From Cyanidioschyzon merolae (Eukaryota): a stretch of 64,000 nt of DNA. A model generated the notes under the pieces. That model was not told where the DNA came from. It ran no database searches and was given only the letters and a program-made list of their open reading frames with translations. Made by a program: the position numbers and the translations under genes. The stretch is from assembly GCA_000091205.1 (NCBI GenBank), contig AP006496.2; one strand, written 5' to 3'. Positions 1 to 12,486 of the stretch are shown in pieces. Every line of letters starts with the position of its first letter. Within the stretch, counting starts at the first letter, position 1.

Positions 1-1639
1 TGCGCTGCTTTCTGCGTGCAGGCGCTGTAAGAATCTCCAAGTGGCACACTGGCTCTACCAAGCGCTCAGGGCGGAGCTTGCTCGGGAACGACGCACTGCG
101 GAAACTTCCGAAGACGGTACGAATTCCTTAGCGTCGCAGCAAGTGCAGATATTCCGCACGATGATGGAACTCGCCTGCGACGTGGGCGACTACCGTCATG
201 CGGTGCTGATCTATCTCACGGATGCCGCTCAATCTGGGCTCCTAGAGAGCAAACATGCACGCTTGGCATTGAGGTCGAGTCTTCGTCGACTCCGGCAGGC
301 GGTGTTTCGATGCTCGGCAAGCGGAGACGATATGGAGACGCTGCGGAACGCGTTTCGTAACCTGGTCGATGCACGGGCGGCGCAGATATAGGGCGCAATG
401 GCCGCGGACTCTCGCCGCATGAACACCACCCAATGGTGTTTCAAGTGGGTCCTAAATACATCTAATGCTGTATTGCGAAAGCTTTTTATGTTCGATGTAG
501 TTATACCGACGAAGTGCATGCTGTGCGTATGCGTAGAGAGGCAGCTTTCGGGTATGCTTAAAGAGCAGCGACCTCGGGCCTCGTAGCGATGACGCGACAT
601 CGATTCCGTAGAAAGAGTGGTGAAATTGAGTGGTCGCCTGGCAGCGAAGCACGAGGGATACGTGCCGATGCCAACATTGCTGCCTTGAGCGCTGGATACG
701 GAAATTGCGGAGCAGGGACGGAAGCCGGCGAGGGTGTCGTATGGGATGGAGGCTTTCAGGGAGGTCTCCGAACACGCCGCGCCCAAGAGACTCGTGCACC
801 TATGGCGGATACTGCTCCAGATGCCGGGTCCGGTCGAATGCCCACACGTGGTACGTCCTCTGAGCATATGGATTGGTTGTGTGGTTCTGGTTGCGCCTTG
901 GCTTGCCTTGCGCCGAGCGTGCTGCGCTGAGGTTAGCGAGCGCCCGCCAATCAGGACCTGACCTCGCGCGCATCCAGCAGTGGTTCAAACATGCTGCGCC
1001 CGTTGAAATGTCCTCAGAGTTGCTTGCATGTGGGCCCCAAGTGTTCTTTCCAACTTAATTCCGAATGATGTGTGGGCTTTTGCGCACGCCCGGCCGCTAT
1101 GCCTGCGAGATGCACACGCGCTACCACACTCATCTCAGGTTAAAATAGAAAAAGAACGAAGCGCACTCTGCCTGGATTTTTTATTTTCGAATTTTTTCTT
1201 AGACCTAGGTTATTGACGTTCGAAGATCATCAGTAAGAGTTTATACACTTGTACGAGGTTGCTGGGTTCTCTTTCGTTTTTTTCGGAGATGCTCCTTCGA
1301 CGCGTTGCGGCTGGAATTTATTCCTTCACCGCCACCAAGATGACTCGCGATGTATTCGAACGCGGGTTCCTAAAATGACGGATATCATTATCCCATTCAT
1401 ACGTAAAAGACTCAAATCTTCGCATTTTCTCAAATGTAGCATGCACAAACCACGCATTTCTCAACCTGCCAGCCTTTCTGTTTGACGGTAATTCGAGGGC
1501 GCAGCGACTGACGCCGCTGAACTGAGGAGCAACGAATCTCGATGTCGCCTATTGAAAACTTGTTCACAAGCTGATGACGAAAAGTGACTGAAAATGCCAC
1601 GACAAGTGATTGATTCCGTTTGAAAAATGAATCCTCCTA

Positions 1640-1935
1640 TGTTTATGGTCATCGACGAAATGGAATTCATCACCTACATCATAAGTCTTACTGGATATGC
1701 TCCCAGAGGCTTACATCTCTTCTGTTTGGATGGAGAAGGGTGCTGGACTCGGACCTGTCATCGCAGCGATCGCCTCCGGTGTAGGCTGCGCCACTCTGTT
1801 TCGCGGAGGCGTGCATGGCTCGAGCTTTCTCGACTTGTTTCCCTGCCTGGGTTTTCCTTCTGGTGCTCGTATTATCGTGGACAATATCGTGTTATACAAT
1901 TCCTGTATCCAACGGAACAGCATACGCTATCGTGA
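1640..1935. repeat. Dispersed ~300-bp repeat, copy 1 (second copy at 28150-28460)
   Basis: DNA about 75% identical to 28150-28460. Shared translated motif 'TGYAPRGLHLFCLDGEGCWTR' vs 'TGHAPRGFLLFCLYARACWTR', and 'MLPEAYISSVWMEKGAGLG' vs 'MLREVSFYSVCMPERAGLG'. Confidence 0.55.
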
Positions 1936-2798
1936 GTAGCAGACAGAGTACTGGTCGAGGGTATCGCCTTACAGAATTTTTTATCGTTTAGGGTGCGGCA
2001 CCTGGCGCGGAAACGAAGGAGGACACCGACGACATCCCTCAATTCCCGTCACGGGAATGTATCGAGCACCGCAGCACGCTTTCACCTACCGCAAAGCGGT
2101 GCTCAGAGTAGGGGATATTGCAGCGGACTTATGGGAACACCTGATCACGCTCACGTATTGAGAGTGCAAATAGTGTATCCAGGCTCAATACGAAGAAGAT
2201 GAAAATGGGAAGCGAAGCATGGATTGCAGCTTCCGTCTCTGAATCAAATGCCTGAACAACATCCGGAAGTACCAAAACCACGACTTGAACATTGTCTCCT
2301 TTATCTTTTGCCAGCAAACAATGAATCTGGATAGACAGAAGAGACCTGCGTAAAATAACCCTGAGATAAGAGACAAGCAAATGAAGCAGTCGCATAACCA
2401 AGTCCACAAACGCTGGTATTGATAATCGTGGAAAGAGACCCAAACTTTAGTATGCACGCCCGTATTCGCGCAATGGGCGTTTTTCATGGTTCTCAACTGG
2501 ATGTCCGCGTTGCTCTGTGTCGCTTGCTGCAATGCTTCAAAGAGAGCGCTAAACTACTCGTTTCTATAAATTACAAATTCGGCCGCATCGCAGTACCTTA
2601 TCGTTCCGAAAGGCGGTAATCGCAAGCACGACTTTTAGGTACATCACGGACATGCGCCGCGTACCGCCGTTTCTGCTCGCGAAACGCGCAGAGGGCCTCG
2701 GCCGGTGCGGCGTCATCAGCATCCCTGCCCGCGCTGCGCATGCGCTATCGTTGCTCCATATCGAGTTCGAGAACGGGAATACACGTCCTGCGAACAGG

Positions 2799-3050
2799 AT
2801 GCCTCAGTACTGGCGCGTTGCTGGACTTTCGTATTTACAATATGCAAATGTTTGTGCGGAGTATGTGCGTCGTGTTCTGAAAGAACCTGAGCGTACGAAG
2901 GCGCTTTCCCGAGCGGGCTACTCGATGATAAAGGCGACCTGGAAGGACGGTAAAGTGGCCTCGCGCGTAACACTGGAGTCGGCACTGCTCGATGATCCAG
3001 TAAAGTCCATATCAGCCGCTGCTGCCGCTTCTGAAAAGAACAACTCCTGA
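2799..3050 (+). CDS. Mitochondrial F1-ATP synthase epsilon subunit (ATP5E/ATP15-like)
   Basis: 'MPQYWRVAGLSYLQYANVCAEYVRRVLKEPERTKALSRAGYSMIKATWKDGK' matches the epsilon family consensus 'YWRxAGLSYxxYSxICAxxVRxALK'. Start is placed at the internal ATG at 2799; the C-terminal tail is unusual. Confidence 0.5.
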   Translation: MPQYWRVAGLSYLQYANVCAEYVRRVLKEPERTKALSRAGYSMIKATWKDGKVASRVTLESALLDDPVKSISAAAAASEKNNS

Positions 3051-3306
3051 GCCGCTTGACGCTGCCACTGGCACGGTGATGCAGCGCTCAACGCATGGCA
3101 GCGGAAGCCGCGCACGGGAGCTCGTGCCTTGGATCAGCCCGTATATGTGCAGCGTAAGCGCGGACTCCGCCCCTTGTATGGAGTATGTTCCTACGCATGA
3201 CTGAACGGTGCGCGAGGCACGGCTTCACCGCCAATATCCGAAGGGTCGCACTGCTTTTCCCAGCTTCAGGATGATGGCGTTGCGGGTCGCTGTTACCGAA
3301 ACGTAT

Positions 3307-4335
3307 CTAGCGCCGTGAAGCGAGCTCCCACGCAGCAGCATAGTCGCCCCTAATTGCTGTGCTATACGCGGACGCGGGAGTTCCACATGAAGACTTCGGC
3401 TCGATGAGCGATGCAAAGTCCATCAGTTGGAAATTGAAGCGAATTGGATGGGTTTTGTTGCTATGCTCTACATAACGAAGCCGTCCGCAGTAGAGATAGT
3501 GCGAGTCGTACGGCTTGGGCATACGACAAAAGAGCAGTATATTGGTTTCTGATGCACCACGGCGTTCGCTATCAACAATCAGTCTGCGCAATGTCGGGTG
3601 TTCAGGGTCTTGGGTGCGCTGCGCGTACCAGACGATGTACTCACCAGATCCATAAAACACATTCACGTAGCCGCGGCCCAGCGAAGCATTCGGAATCGAC
3701 GGTTTGTCATTTTGCAGCGCACGGTCACCAGCGGGCAGGTTTACAAACAACATCACTGCATTCCACCATTCACAGATACCTGACATGCGGTTGAAAACTG
3801 GCCGCACGGCAGCTGCGCATGCAGCTTCGATGACGGAGCGTTTTACTTGGCCTCCCAGACGCGGTGGTACCGGAACGAATCCTCCCAGGTATGTAGAAAG
3901 CTTGTCGACGTCGCAGTTCAAGTATTTTGTGGAGTTGCTTGCCGACAGGCTTACAGAAGCCGTCTCTCGTGGATCCGACACGGACGTGCGCAAACGCTTG
4001 CAACGGACGCCATGTAGGCGGGCAACGATACGGGAGTTCAATGGCTGCTCCTGGTTGGTGCACGCCACCAGTTCGCGTTCCCGTAGCCGTGTGGACCGAC
4101 GCAGAGTGAAACTCGTGTTCCGGGTCTCTGTGGACTCTGCGTTTGCCTCTGGATTGTCCTCGAGTACGTGCGAGGGCGACGCTTCGCACGCTGCCTTGCA
4201 CGGCCTTTTGGCCAAAGTCACGCTCCGAACGCGCTGCAAGCCCAGATCGTGAATACCAAACTGGTGTAAGAGTTCTTTGTTCCTCTCTATGCGTTGCTGC
4301 CGCTGGAGCTCATAGGCGCTCGCCCCAGATATCAT
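3307..4335 (-). CDS. Hypothetical protein (342-aa intact ORF, no recognised domain)
   Basis: Long uninterrupted ORF with a non-repetitive C-terminal region ('YVNVFYGSGEYIVWYAQRTQD...YCGRLRYVEHSNKTHPIRFNFQL'). Function unknown. Confidence 0.25.
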   Translation of the reverse strand: MISGASAYELQRQQRIERNKELLHQFGIHDLGLQRVRSVTLAKRPCKAACEASPSHVLEDNPEANAESTETRNTSFTLRRSTRLRERELVACTNQEQPLNSRIVARLHGVRCKRLRTSVSDPRETASVSLSASNSTKYLNCDVDKLSTYLGGFVPVPPRLGGQVKRSVIEAACAAAVRPVFNRMSGICEWWNAVMLFVNLPAGDRALQNDKPSIPNASLGRGYVNVFYGSGEYIVWYAQRTQDPEHPTLRRLIVDSERRGASETNILLFCRMPKPYDSHYLYCGRLRYVEHSNKTHPIRFNFQLMDFASLIEPKSSCGTPASAYSTAIRGDYAAAWELASRR

Positions 4336-4546
4336 GCTACCTGGCAGATTCTAGCGCATGTTCACCGCAGTCGCCTGCAGTCCGACGAGCCAATGCCGCC
4401 TGCGATGCTATCAGCGCTCGTTGCCGACAATCGCTATGGTGTAGACTTACGCTGGTCCCGGTATGGAGCGGCGTTCGTTCGTTTCCTAAAGGAACGCGAA
4501 AGCGGAACGCCTCTCAGACTTATTGAAACAACTCTAGGCGGCTAAA

Positions 4547-5290
4547 GTGGCTCGAGATCCATTTTTATTCGGTTTTAGGGTTTCGTTCTTGAGCAAAGTG
4601 GCGCCGTGGCTCCGTCGCTGCGTTCTTAGCCGGTTAACCGATCGCGCGTCCGCGTCAGACGCGGGTATGGCATACCAGTACTTCGGCGGCGATGACACTG
4701 CTCTAACTGCGGCAGCTGCAACGTATATGGAGCTGCTACGCGAAAGGCGGGACGCAGAGCTGGCATTGAAGCGTGCACGGCAGGAGGAGGTGGAAGCAAA
4801 ACGCCAGTGGCACGAAAGAGCACGCAAGGCTGCCGACTTCAAGTCCAAGTTTCGGGATCTTAGCGACCCCTGCACGCACCATGAGGGGCGGATAGCCTTC
4901 CGTTGCATCGGACTGCTCCAGCGCGTCGGGGAGCGCGACAGTTCTGCGCTCTACAAGTTGCACGTTTCTAGAGCTTATGCACGAGGTTTACGTGGCATCG
5001 ACGGCTTCGACGCTGTGTGGGTGCTTGAGGCCCATGAGCTCTGGGGTAGTGCCGGCGAAGCGCCGACAACGCCTTTCGTCACCCACAGCCTGCATCTCCG
5101 GCTATACAACTTGCTAAGGGTTGAGCGGCTGCCTGCTGACGAATGCATTCTTCATTTGCGCACGTTGGAAACACTAGGACAAGGCGCGAGCACAGAGCCA
5201 GCGCTGCAGGTCGTGGACGTGAAGCCATACATTCCAAATTATGACGCGCTTCACAGCTTGGAAGGGCATAAAGACACCGAAGGGCATTGA
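4547..5290 (+). CDS. TsaA/YaeB (TrmO)-like domain protein
   Basis: C-terminal 'ALQVVDVKPYIPNYD' resembles the TsaA 'LDIKPYvPy.D' motif, and an upstream 'GFDAVWVLEAHELW' resembles the 'fSHlwvlfwfH' block. Start is uncertain; an internal M lies near 4667. Confidence 0.35.
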   Translation: MARDPFLFGFRVSFLSKVAPWLRRCVLSRLTDRASASDAGMAYQYFGGDDTALTAAAATYMELLRERRDAELALKRARQEEVEAKRQWHERARKAADFKSKFRDLSDPCTHHEGRIAFRCIGLLQRVGERDSSALYKLHVSRAYARGLRGIDGFDAVWVLEAHELWGSAGEAPTTPFVTHSLHLRLYNLLRVERLPADECILHLRTLETLGQGASTEPALQVVDVKPYIPNYDALHSLEGHKDTEGH

Positions 5291-5360
5291 GTCTATTGGC
5301 CGCCGGCTTGACTGGGCAGCATCGATAGCTGACGTCAGTGGGCGCCTTCATGTGACTTCA

Positions 5361-5400
5361 CTGACCCGACCCGACCCGACCCGACCCGACCCGACCCGAC
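5361..5400. repeat. (CCCGA)n microsatellite, about 7.5 units
   Basis: Direct read: cccgacccgacccgacccgacccgacccgacccgaccc. Confidence 0.9.
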
Positions 5401-5526
5401 CCTCAAGTGGATGTGGTTTCATTAGCGCTTAAGGCGGCCTCCACGAGCATCACTTCCAGTGGAACCGCTTTGTCCGCTGGTGACAGGTTCGGAGGCCAGG
5501 CTGCACAGCCCGCTCGAAGGCGGTTG

Positions 5527-5988
5527 TCACTCGGGTTCCACGACCCTGCGACGAGTGCGCTGGAAAGCTTTCCAGTCGTACCGATGAATAGTGCCGCGCC
5601 AACCCTCTTTGCAAAGTGGCGCGCAGGCTTCTGCTTCAGTATGCTCTCGACTGTTCAGGTGTGTTCTCTCTTGGTCCAGCAACTTGTAAAGCGTCAACGC
5701 AGTCGACCCCCTGAGTTGGTCCTTACGTCGTTGCTCACGCAGAAAGCGCAAGCCATACGCCCCTTTCCAGTCCAGAAACCCGGTCGCAAGCACTCTTGCA
5801 GGTGGAAGGACTGAAAATCCAAAGTCCCGAGCATACAGCGTATGCCATAGGGCAGAATCGTCGAGCACGTTTTGGAGAAAGCGTGCGGTGCGCTGCAAGT
5901 TTGCTGCAGTGCGGCCATCTAGTTTGAGAACAATTGAGCGCCAAATGTCCTCCGGCAGGTCTCCAAGTTTCGCGCCAGCAAAACTCAT
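5527..5988 (-). CDS. F-box domain protein
   Basis: N-terminal 'LPEDIWRSIVLKLDGRTAANLQRTARFLQNVLDDSALWHTLY' fits the F-box consensus (LP.ei...I...L......l..v.k.w..l..d..lW). Confidence 0.45.
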   Translation of the reverse strand: MSFAGAKLGDLPEDIWRSIVLKLDGRTAANLQRTARFLQNVLDDSALWHTLYARDFGFSVLPPARVLATGFLDWKGAYGLRFLREQRRKDQLRGSTALTLYKLLDQERTHLNSREHTEAEACAPLCKEGWRGTIHRYDWKAFQRTRRRVVEPE

Positions 5989-7589
5989 GCGCCCACTAGT
6001 CCAGACAGTTTCCAGTTTAGGAGCACCTCAGTGCCGTTGAACGCTGCGGCGTTCAGGCCTGCTGGTATGAGCGGGTACAGAACCAACGATCGTTTTCAGA
6101 GACGTTCTGGCTCGTTGGCTGATCGAATGATTCTTCCAATTTTCCGTTCGTTCAGTGAAGCAGCGCTTTTGATAGTTCATAGCAGCCAATCCTGATCAAC
6201 GTTGAAAGACTTGATGCGCTTTCTTTGTAAGTGCCTCGGAGATGATGTTACATAAAGTAAGAGGACGTTCGTAGCGGTGGATTATATACTGGGTGCAATG
6301 GGTTCTGGAACACCTGCCCAAGCACGCCCTTTTGAATCGTTTTCTGCTAGATATTCAACACAAAGAATGTTTTTGTGGATTGCGGAAAGGAGACGGAAAG
6401 ACTTTGAGATGACGGCTAGCTTGCGAAAATGCCGAAACTTCTACAAGTCTTTCATTCTTCGATTTGCACTCGGATGAGCCGCTCTTCGTGCAGTCCATAT
6501 CGTGAAGCTCGAGCATCCAGAGTAGAACTTATAAAAATGCTTGTGGGCGACGGCCTTCTCGATAACCGATTCAACTTCATACGTGCTCTGAGAAAGACTA
6601 CCAAAAAGGCCACCGTATTCGAAGAGTCCATACCGTTAACAAGCACGGTGATGAAGCGGCAGAGATCGACGAAGGAAGAAAGGGCGCCTCTATGAAAAGC
6701 CATTGCGCGTTGACCGGTACGCGATCCACTTCGGACTACAACGCGGACGCTTTATAGTCTTTGAACTCAATTCTGTTTCACAAGTGTTGCGTTGTATAGC
6801 AGCAGGTCGGAATCACGATGGAATGCACTGTGTAGATCGTAGACGGATCGCTTGTAGTATATATTCTTTAATGAACTTTGCAAGGAGGACTGCATTTTTT
6901 CCTCATTTCAGTACTAACACAGTACTCAGATAGTTGAGAGACACTGAAAGAACCAAGAACATGCGTCCCTCGCCAAAAACCGATATTCTCTAAGAATGAT
7001 TGCCGGTTGTCGTGGTAAACGACCCATTGCACACCTTCCGGGAAGGAAAAGCGACGACAGTAGCCGCCACAGGCATCTCCGTTTGTCAACAGCTCGTTCA
7101 TATTGTCCAGAAAACACTGGGATACAGTCGTAAAGAAGGTCATAGATCATTCACGGACATCTTCCACCGCAATCGCAATTACGGAATCACTGGAACGTCG
7201 CGATCGGAATGAAGTACAGGGACGTCGGCTTTCTCGTTTTAGTTGATGTGACTTGCTTCGAAGGAGACGATCGGAGCCCATCTGGGTATTCGCGGAGCAA
7301 ATAGCGCGTTGTATATCCGATCGAACTCCAAGAGAACCATGACATCATCTGTAACAGCTGCGGTGGATACATTTGGCGACATTAGTTTCGCTCGTCGAGA
7401 TGGCTCATAAAACAGCACCCATGACATGGAATCATCAAATACTTTTTCCACGACACCTGGCAATGTCCTTCCATTGGACAACGTGGCATTTCACCATTCC
7501 CCTCGAGTTCGAGTATTTGCCGATTCTATTCGGGTAGAATCCTCTCCTCGCCGACGATCGAGAGAAGAAGAAGAGGTGAGATAAACCAG

Positions 7590-7830
7590 AAAAAGTGTGT
7601 GCCTGAAGGGACGATGACGAGACTGTAATGGCACAGAGGGCACAATTTCGAGGACTCCTCGCATTGATCAGTTCAACCAGCGCCAATGCACGTAATGAGT
7701 TCATGGACCGAGACACCAACGCCGCCATCAATATCAGACGATGTTTGGTGCTGAAGACGAGACCCAAGGAGCTGACGCGATCCAAAATCCCAGGGGCAGC
7801 CTCCCAGGCTCGAAGTATGCCCGTATAAAA
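7590..7830 (+). mobile_element. TnpB/Fanzor-like C-terminal remnant, copy A
   Basis: 'RDDDETVMAQRAQF...NARNEFMDRDTNAAINIRRCLVLKTRPKEL' matches the OrfB zinc-ribbon/RuvC-III 'dRD.NAAiNI' signature. DNA is homologous to 15930-16130. The opposite strand carries 'RIGKYSNSRGMVKCHVV', also shared with copies D and D'. Confidence 0.4.
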
Positions 7831-10230
7831 ACTGAAACCGATAGTAGTCGTTCAGTCGGGAAAGCCCGGGAAGCGTCTGCGAGTGGGTAGATATGTATCC
7901 TCCATGGTTGTGAAACGTTTTCGTTAAGCTACACATGTAGACGCCAGGGGACCTGATTCGTGGAAAAGGGTACACCTGCATATGGGAACACAAAGAGAGG
8001 TCAACCGCAGTTGCTAAAGAAGAGACAAGCGAGAATGACGAAGACATCCGCCCTAGCAACGATTCAGTTGCTTGCTCGCGTACAAGTCGCCATAAAAGAC
8101 AGGATCGCACGGCTCCTCATCTTTCGTACAAGCGCCCTTCGCGGCTGCTCCGCTCCATATTCCTCTGGCCTGTTCTTGAACAACTTCGATTTCTATCCCT
8201 GAAAAAATCAAAGAGTATGCAGCTGAGGTTGGCGTTGAGCTGCTCTTTGTGCCCCCGAAATCTACCTGGTTCAATCCAGCCGAAGGCGTTCCTCTGCTGT
8301 AAAGAGTCATTTTTACCCGCACACACCAGTTCTCGAGTTGTATGCATCCGTCACTCCGTTCTTTGCCGAGTTGCTCCCTATTTACACCAACCCTTAACTG
8401 CCCTGTTTCGTTTCCGCTCATGTGCGAGAAAGAGCGAGCAAGGTGTACTTCGGTCCGTGGTCATGACGCGTAAGGTGACGCAAATGTACTTGAGAAGCAC
8501 TAGATACGAAGACAGCAAATGCCAGCTCCGGTGCCGTGGTCTACCCACTGCGTCTAAAACCCAGAGCAGAAACGGATATGAGGTACTGCGCCCGACTGCA
8601 TTCGATTCCTTCAAGTAGAGAAGGAGGCGGAGAAGTATAAGAAGAAGGAACAACGGGACAATGAAGGGAAAGACTCTTCTTAAAAGCCGACGATGAAGGA
8701 CGACAAGGAGAGACTGTCGAGGCGGAATGCCCGGTCTGAAGTCATTTTGTCATTGCCCCTGTACTAAAACATGTCAACAGAGAGAATCTTCCGAAACGTA
8801 GCACGGAGGGCCCCATTTCAGATGGGGTAACTTCTTACCCGAGCAGGACTTGTTCATCTACCCTTGCGTTGGCGCACTTCCTCAGGCAAATGTTGATCGG
8901 AGCTCTCTGTGCAAGGCTGCAAGCCGTCCATATTCCACCGGAATACGTTGATCAGTCCTTTGTCTGAGAACTGATGCTCGTGACAGAAGACGGGACACAG
9001 CCTGATTATGAATTCAAAGATTTGCATACACGCTTTCCGGAAGAACCAGACGCGATGCCGCGCAACCCAGGCGATGGGATGATCTGCAGCGACAGTGCCA
9101 AACGAGTACCAAGCCATCCTCAATAACCGTGCACGGGGTCAATGTAGAGCGCTTCATGAAAATCGCCTTGTGGGCGTTAGGGCTTCATCATAGAGGACCA
9201 GAAAAGTGGAGACGAATGGAAGGGATTCTTGGGGTTTCAATCAAGGCGAATGACGAGTTGGTTGCGGCGGAGAGCGAGCTGGTACCGGGATCGGGAGAAA
9301 TGCCGCAGTGTGAGCGAGCGTCGCTGTAGCTCGTCGGAACTCATTGTGTGGTCGTCGGCATCGAACTGACAGAGGTCGTGTCCAAAGGATGTTTGAAACG
9401 CAATGCACGACTTGCTTGCATCTCGCACAATTACTTTCTCCTGAACAGAGCCCTCCGGAGCGCAGCAAACTCCATTCTCGAATCTGAACGTAATCCCCTC
9501 CTCAGGCGCGTATTAGAACTGGTTTCGACGTGCAACATCAAGGCTCGTAGAATCACCGAAGACTCGTTCGTGCTATGTGGATTGCTCAGTGAGCCACAGC
9601 TGGTCTCTGCGAGCAATCATTGAACATTCAGAGCACTCCACAAAGTGCGTTGGCGGAGCTCGTTCAAGGATCCTCGTTTTCAGGGAGGAAATGGAAATCC
9701 GTTGACAGGGAATACGGTGACTCAAGGCATATCAGTGTGCACGCAGCTGTAAAGCCGCGGCCTGTGCCGAGTAACGACGCTCGTTCTCAGCCGTTCAAAA
9801 TCGACTAAAAGAAACGCTCACGAATTCGCGTGGATCTGTTTTTTTTGAGAATATCGTGGTTATTGCCTGTCCCTGAATCAGCACGACGCAGCCGAAGATC
9901 TGAACGGAAAGCGGGCACTGCTTCTCAATTTTCCCACGGATCGGCATTCTCGAGAGTTGGGCCTGATGGACTCCACGAGGCATCTCAACAGGTAGAATGG
10001 CGGCGTCGGGACCCACCTCGACGCATTGAGCACGGTATCGAGCAGACGAGCATACGTTGTCGGCTTCATTCAGAGAATCGATCAGCGTCCGAATCGCTTA
10101 TGTGGAGCATCTTTTGCGGGAGGATATGAGACAGCGCCGGGGCATCCACCGGTCACCGTTGTACGAAGGCAGGAGGCTTGCACTCACCAACTTGTTCAAT
10201 GAATCTGAAAAGACGAAGAAGCAGCGTCGT

Positions 10231-10497
10231 TTTGAGGTAGCCTACGGCGCTGGCCGTGCCGCACCGTGCAACGGCTGCACTCCATCTCATTCGACCAGAG
10301 TGTGCAACGAGTGCAGGAATGGATTCTACACGATTCCCATCGATAACTTCAGGTCTGCGAATACAAATCACGAGCACGGGTGCGCGCTGATACTGGCAAA
10401 GAAGTGCGTAAAACAGAACCAGATGGGTTACATGGTGCACGGTAAGCTGACCGATCGTCGGATGGTGAGGCAATCGAAGTTGAGAGGCATGTTATAA
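10231..10497 (+). mobile_element. TnpB/Fanzor-like C-terminal remnant, copy B (divergent)
   Basis: 'FEVAYGAGRAAPCNGCT...RVCNECRNGFYTIPIDNFRSANTNHEHGCALIL' fits 'yTSq.C..CG ... C..CG ... D.NAA.NI'. It shares 'MVHGKLTDRRMVRQSK' with copy E ('MVHGKLNERQMERQSK'). Confidence 0.3.
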
Positions 10498-11251
10498 TGC
10501 GGTTCCACCAGCAACTAGGCGTGCACACAGTTTTCGCATCGTGACACGAACGCCTCCAATAATATCCGAAAACGGCTCGTGATTCCGGAGCGTTTATCGA
10601 CTGTGTTACAAGCGAACCTTTGAGGCTTTCAATTTGTACTCAGTATGGGTGTTACACTGAGACAATGAAAGCCTGCGATGACAACAATCAATGGTCAGGA
10701 TAGAGGACGCTTGGTTCCCGCCTAAACCAATGCACTGGTATGGTATGATCAGCAATCCAGACGAGTGGTGCTTTCGCCAAGCAGCGAACCAGCCCAGGCA
10801 CTTGTTTCATTCTTATCGTGTATGATCGATGCATGCAAATGGGATTGCCTAGAAGCGCAAACGCCACTGGCAGCCAGAAGAGAGACTACCATGCGTCTCT
10901 GGACACTTGTACGGACTACCAGGTAGTCGGTGCATCTCTCCTCATCCAACAGGCCTGCGTACCCAAAATCCCCTCCAGAACTTTTGAAAAGCATTCGCTC
11001 GCACAAGAATGCCGGTGTCCATGCGTTGGAGTCCGTCATAGTACCGCTTGCGTTTCTGGTCGAGGCACAGCGCGGCTCCAGCTCCGGTAGATGTACAGCG
11101 TATTTGTACCTGGGAAATACATGCCTCTATGCGCTGCTCTTCGAGGTTGCGAAAGGGCTATGGTCTCATTCCAGTGCCCAACGAGGCACAACAACTCGAT
11201 TCTGGCGACGACCTCGTTACTCGACAGCGCGCCTTTGGCATCTGTTTTGGC

Positions 11252-12319
11252 CTATGATGTCAAGTAGTTCCGCCGACGACGAATAAACGCGTCCGTGAAT
11301 TCCTCGGTCCGCATATCCCAGTTGGGGTCCGGTTGGCAGGCGTACATTCCGAGTACGGTGCGCCCGTATCGACGGTTGCGCATCCCAATGAGCCGGTTTT
11401 CGATCACTGGCGGCAGCGAGCCCAGTTCATACGGGTACTCGAGCATAACAACTGTTCGTTCACTAATCACGGCGCTCTGACTCAGTGTCCTCAGCAGTTC
11501 GTCGTAACTTATCTCCTCATAGGGCGGCGTGAGCGCAACGATTTGAAGCACGCCATCCGGCGCTGTCGCCAAGTATTCCTCGACAGTTGTCTCGCGGACA
11601 AGAGCGATTCCTTCGCCCACTCCCAGCTTGCTCATGTTGCGCCGAACGCACGCGCAACACTCCGGGGAACGATCAACGAAGACTGCCGAGGAAGCGCCTC
11701 GCGACAACGCTTCGAAGCCCATGGTGCCTGCGCCACAAAAAAGATCCAGAAAACGAACAGGCTGTCGTGATGGGAGAATTTGCAACTCCCGCAGAATAGA
11801 AAAACACGCTTCCCGAACCTGAGCCATGGCTGGACGTACATACACGGGTGGCGACTCGAGTCGTCGCCCGCGTGCCGTGCCACCAGTGATGCGTAGCCGC
11901 GGCTCCAGCGGTATGGCAACCTTCTGCCAGCGTCGTCTTCCGCCAGGGAGCGTCACACCCTGCCGAATGACTTTGTACTTGCGCATCTGCTCGTAGCGTC
12001 CACGAGGAAACCGCTTCGGCTTCGCCTGCTGCGGGGCGCCGGGCTCCTCAGCAGGCACCCCATCCCCGCTCGGGTCGGCAGAAACGGCCATGTGCAGCCA
12101 AAAGTCCCTAAGCTGAGGCCGCCCTTGCCTGCCTACCACGAAGTGACGAGCAACATTCGCTCGGCCGTGTCGCAAAGCGAGCGGCACCAGCGCCTGCTGC
12201 CCAGGCGGATGCTGCTTGCAGACCTCCCGAAGTGTACAAAGCTGTCGCGCAGAACATGAGACCGGCCCCGCAGGAATGAACCCCGCCGCTCTCTCCGACA
12301 GTCCACAACTAGACATCAC
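11252..12319 (-). CDS. rsmD: 16S rRNA (guanine-N2)-methyltransferase RsmD-like, probably organelle-targeted
   Basis: 'FLDLFCGAGTMGFEALSRGASSAVFVDRS' is the SAM-binding motif I and 'ALTPPYEE' is the (D/N)PPY motif, in the RsmD family order. The ~130-aa N-terminal extension may be a targeting peptide. Confidence 0.7.
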   Translation of the reverse strand: MMSSCGLSERAAGFIPAGPVSCSARQLCTLREVCKQHPPGQQALVPLALRHGRANVARHFVVGRQGRPQLRDFWLHMAVSADPSGDGVPAEEPGAPQQAKPKRFPRGRYEQMRKYKVIRQGVTLPGGRRRWQKVAIPLEPRLRITGGTARGRRLESPPVYVRPAMAQVREACFSILRELQILPSRQPVRFLDLFCGAGTMGFEALSRGASSAVFVDRSPECCACVRRNMSKLGVGEGIALVRETTVEEYLATAPDGVLQIVALTPPYEEISYDELLRTLSQSAVISERTVVMLEYPYELGSLPPVIENRLIGMRNRRYGRTVLGMYACQPDPNWDMRTEEFTDAFIRRRRNYLTS

Positions 12320-12461
12320 GAGTGACGCTGCAGCTGCAGCTTCGTTTCGTGTTGCACAGCCTCAACGGCAGCGGCATGAAGCGTCGGGAGGCGCATGCGG
12401 TGGATGTACGCACATCAAGGAGCTCCGCAATGGGCGCGTTCCGAACCCTCCAACGGGCGCT

Positions 12462-12486
12462 GCTGCTGCTGCTGCTGCTGCTGTGA
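12462..12486. repeat. (GCT)n microsatellite
   Basis: Direct read: gctgctgctgctgctgctgctgctg. Confidence 0.9.

Noticed and set aside
8854-9428. Two adjacent minus-strand ORFs ('...HDLCQFDADDH...' and '...CPVFCHEHQFSDKG...') as exons of a metal-binding protein
   Set aside because: The Cys/His spacing did not match Rieske, CDGSH or zf-CSL patterns well enough to assign a family. They may be a real split gene, but this is not supportable from sequence alone.
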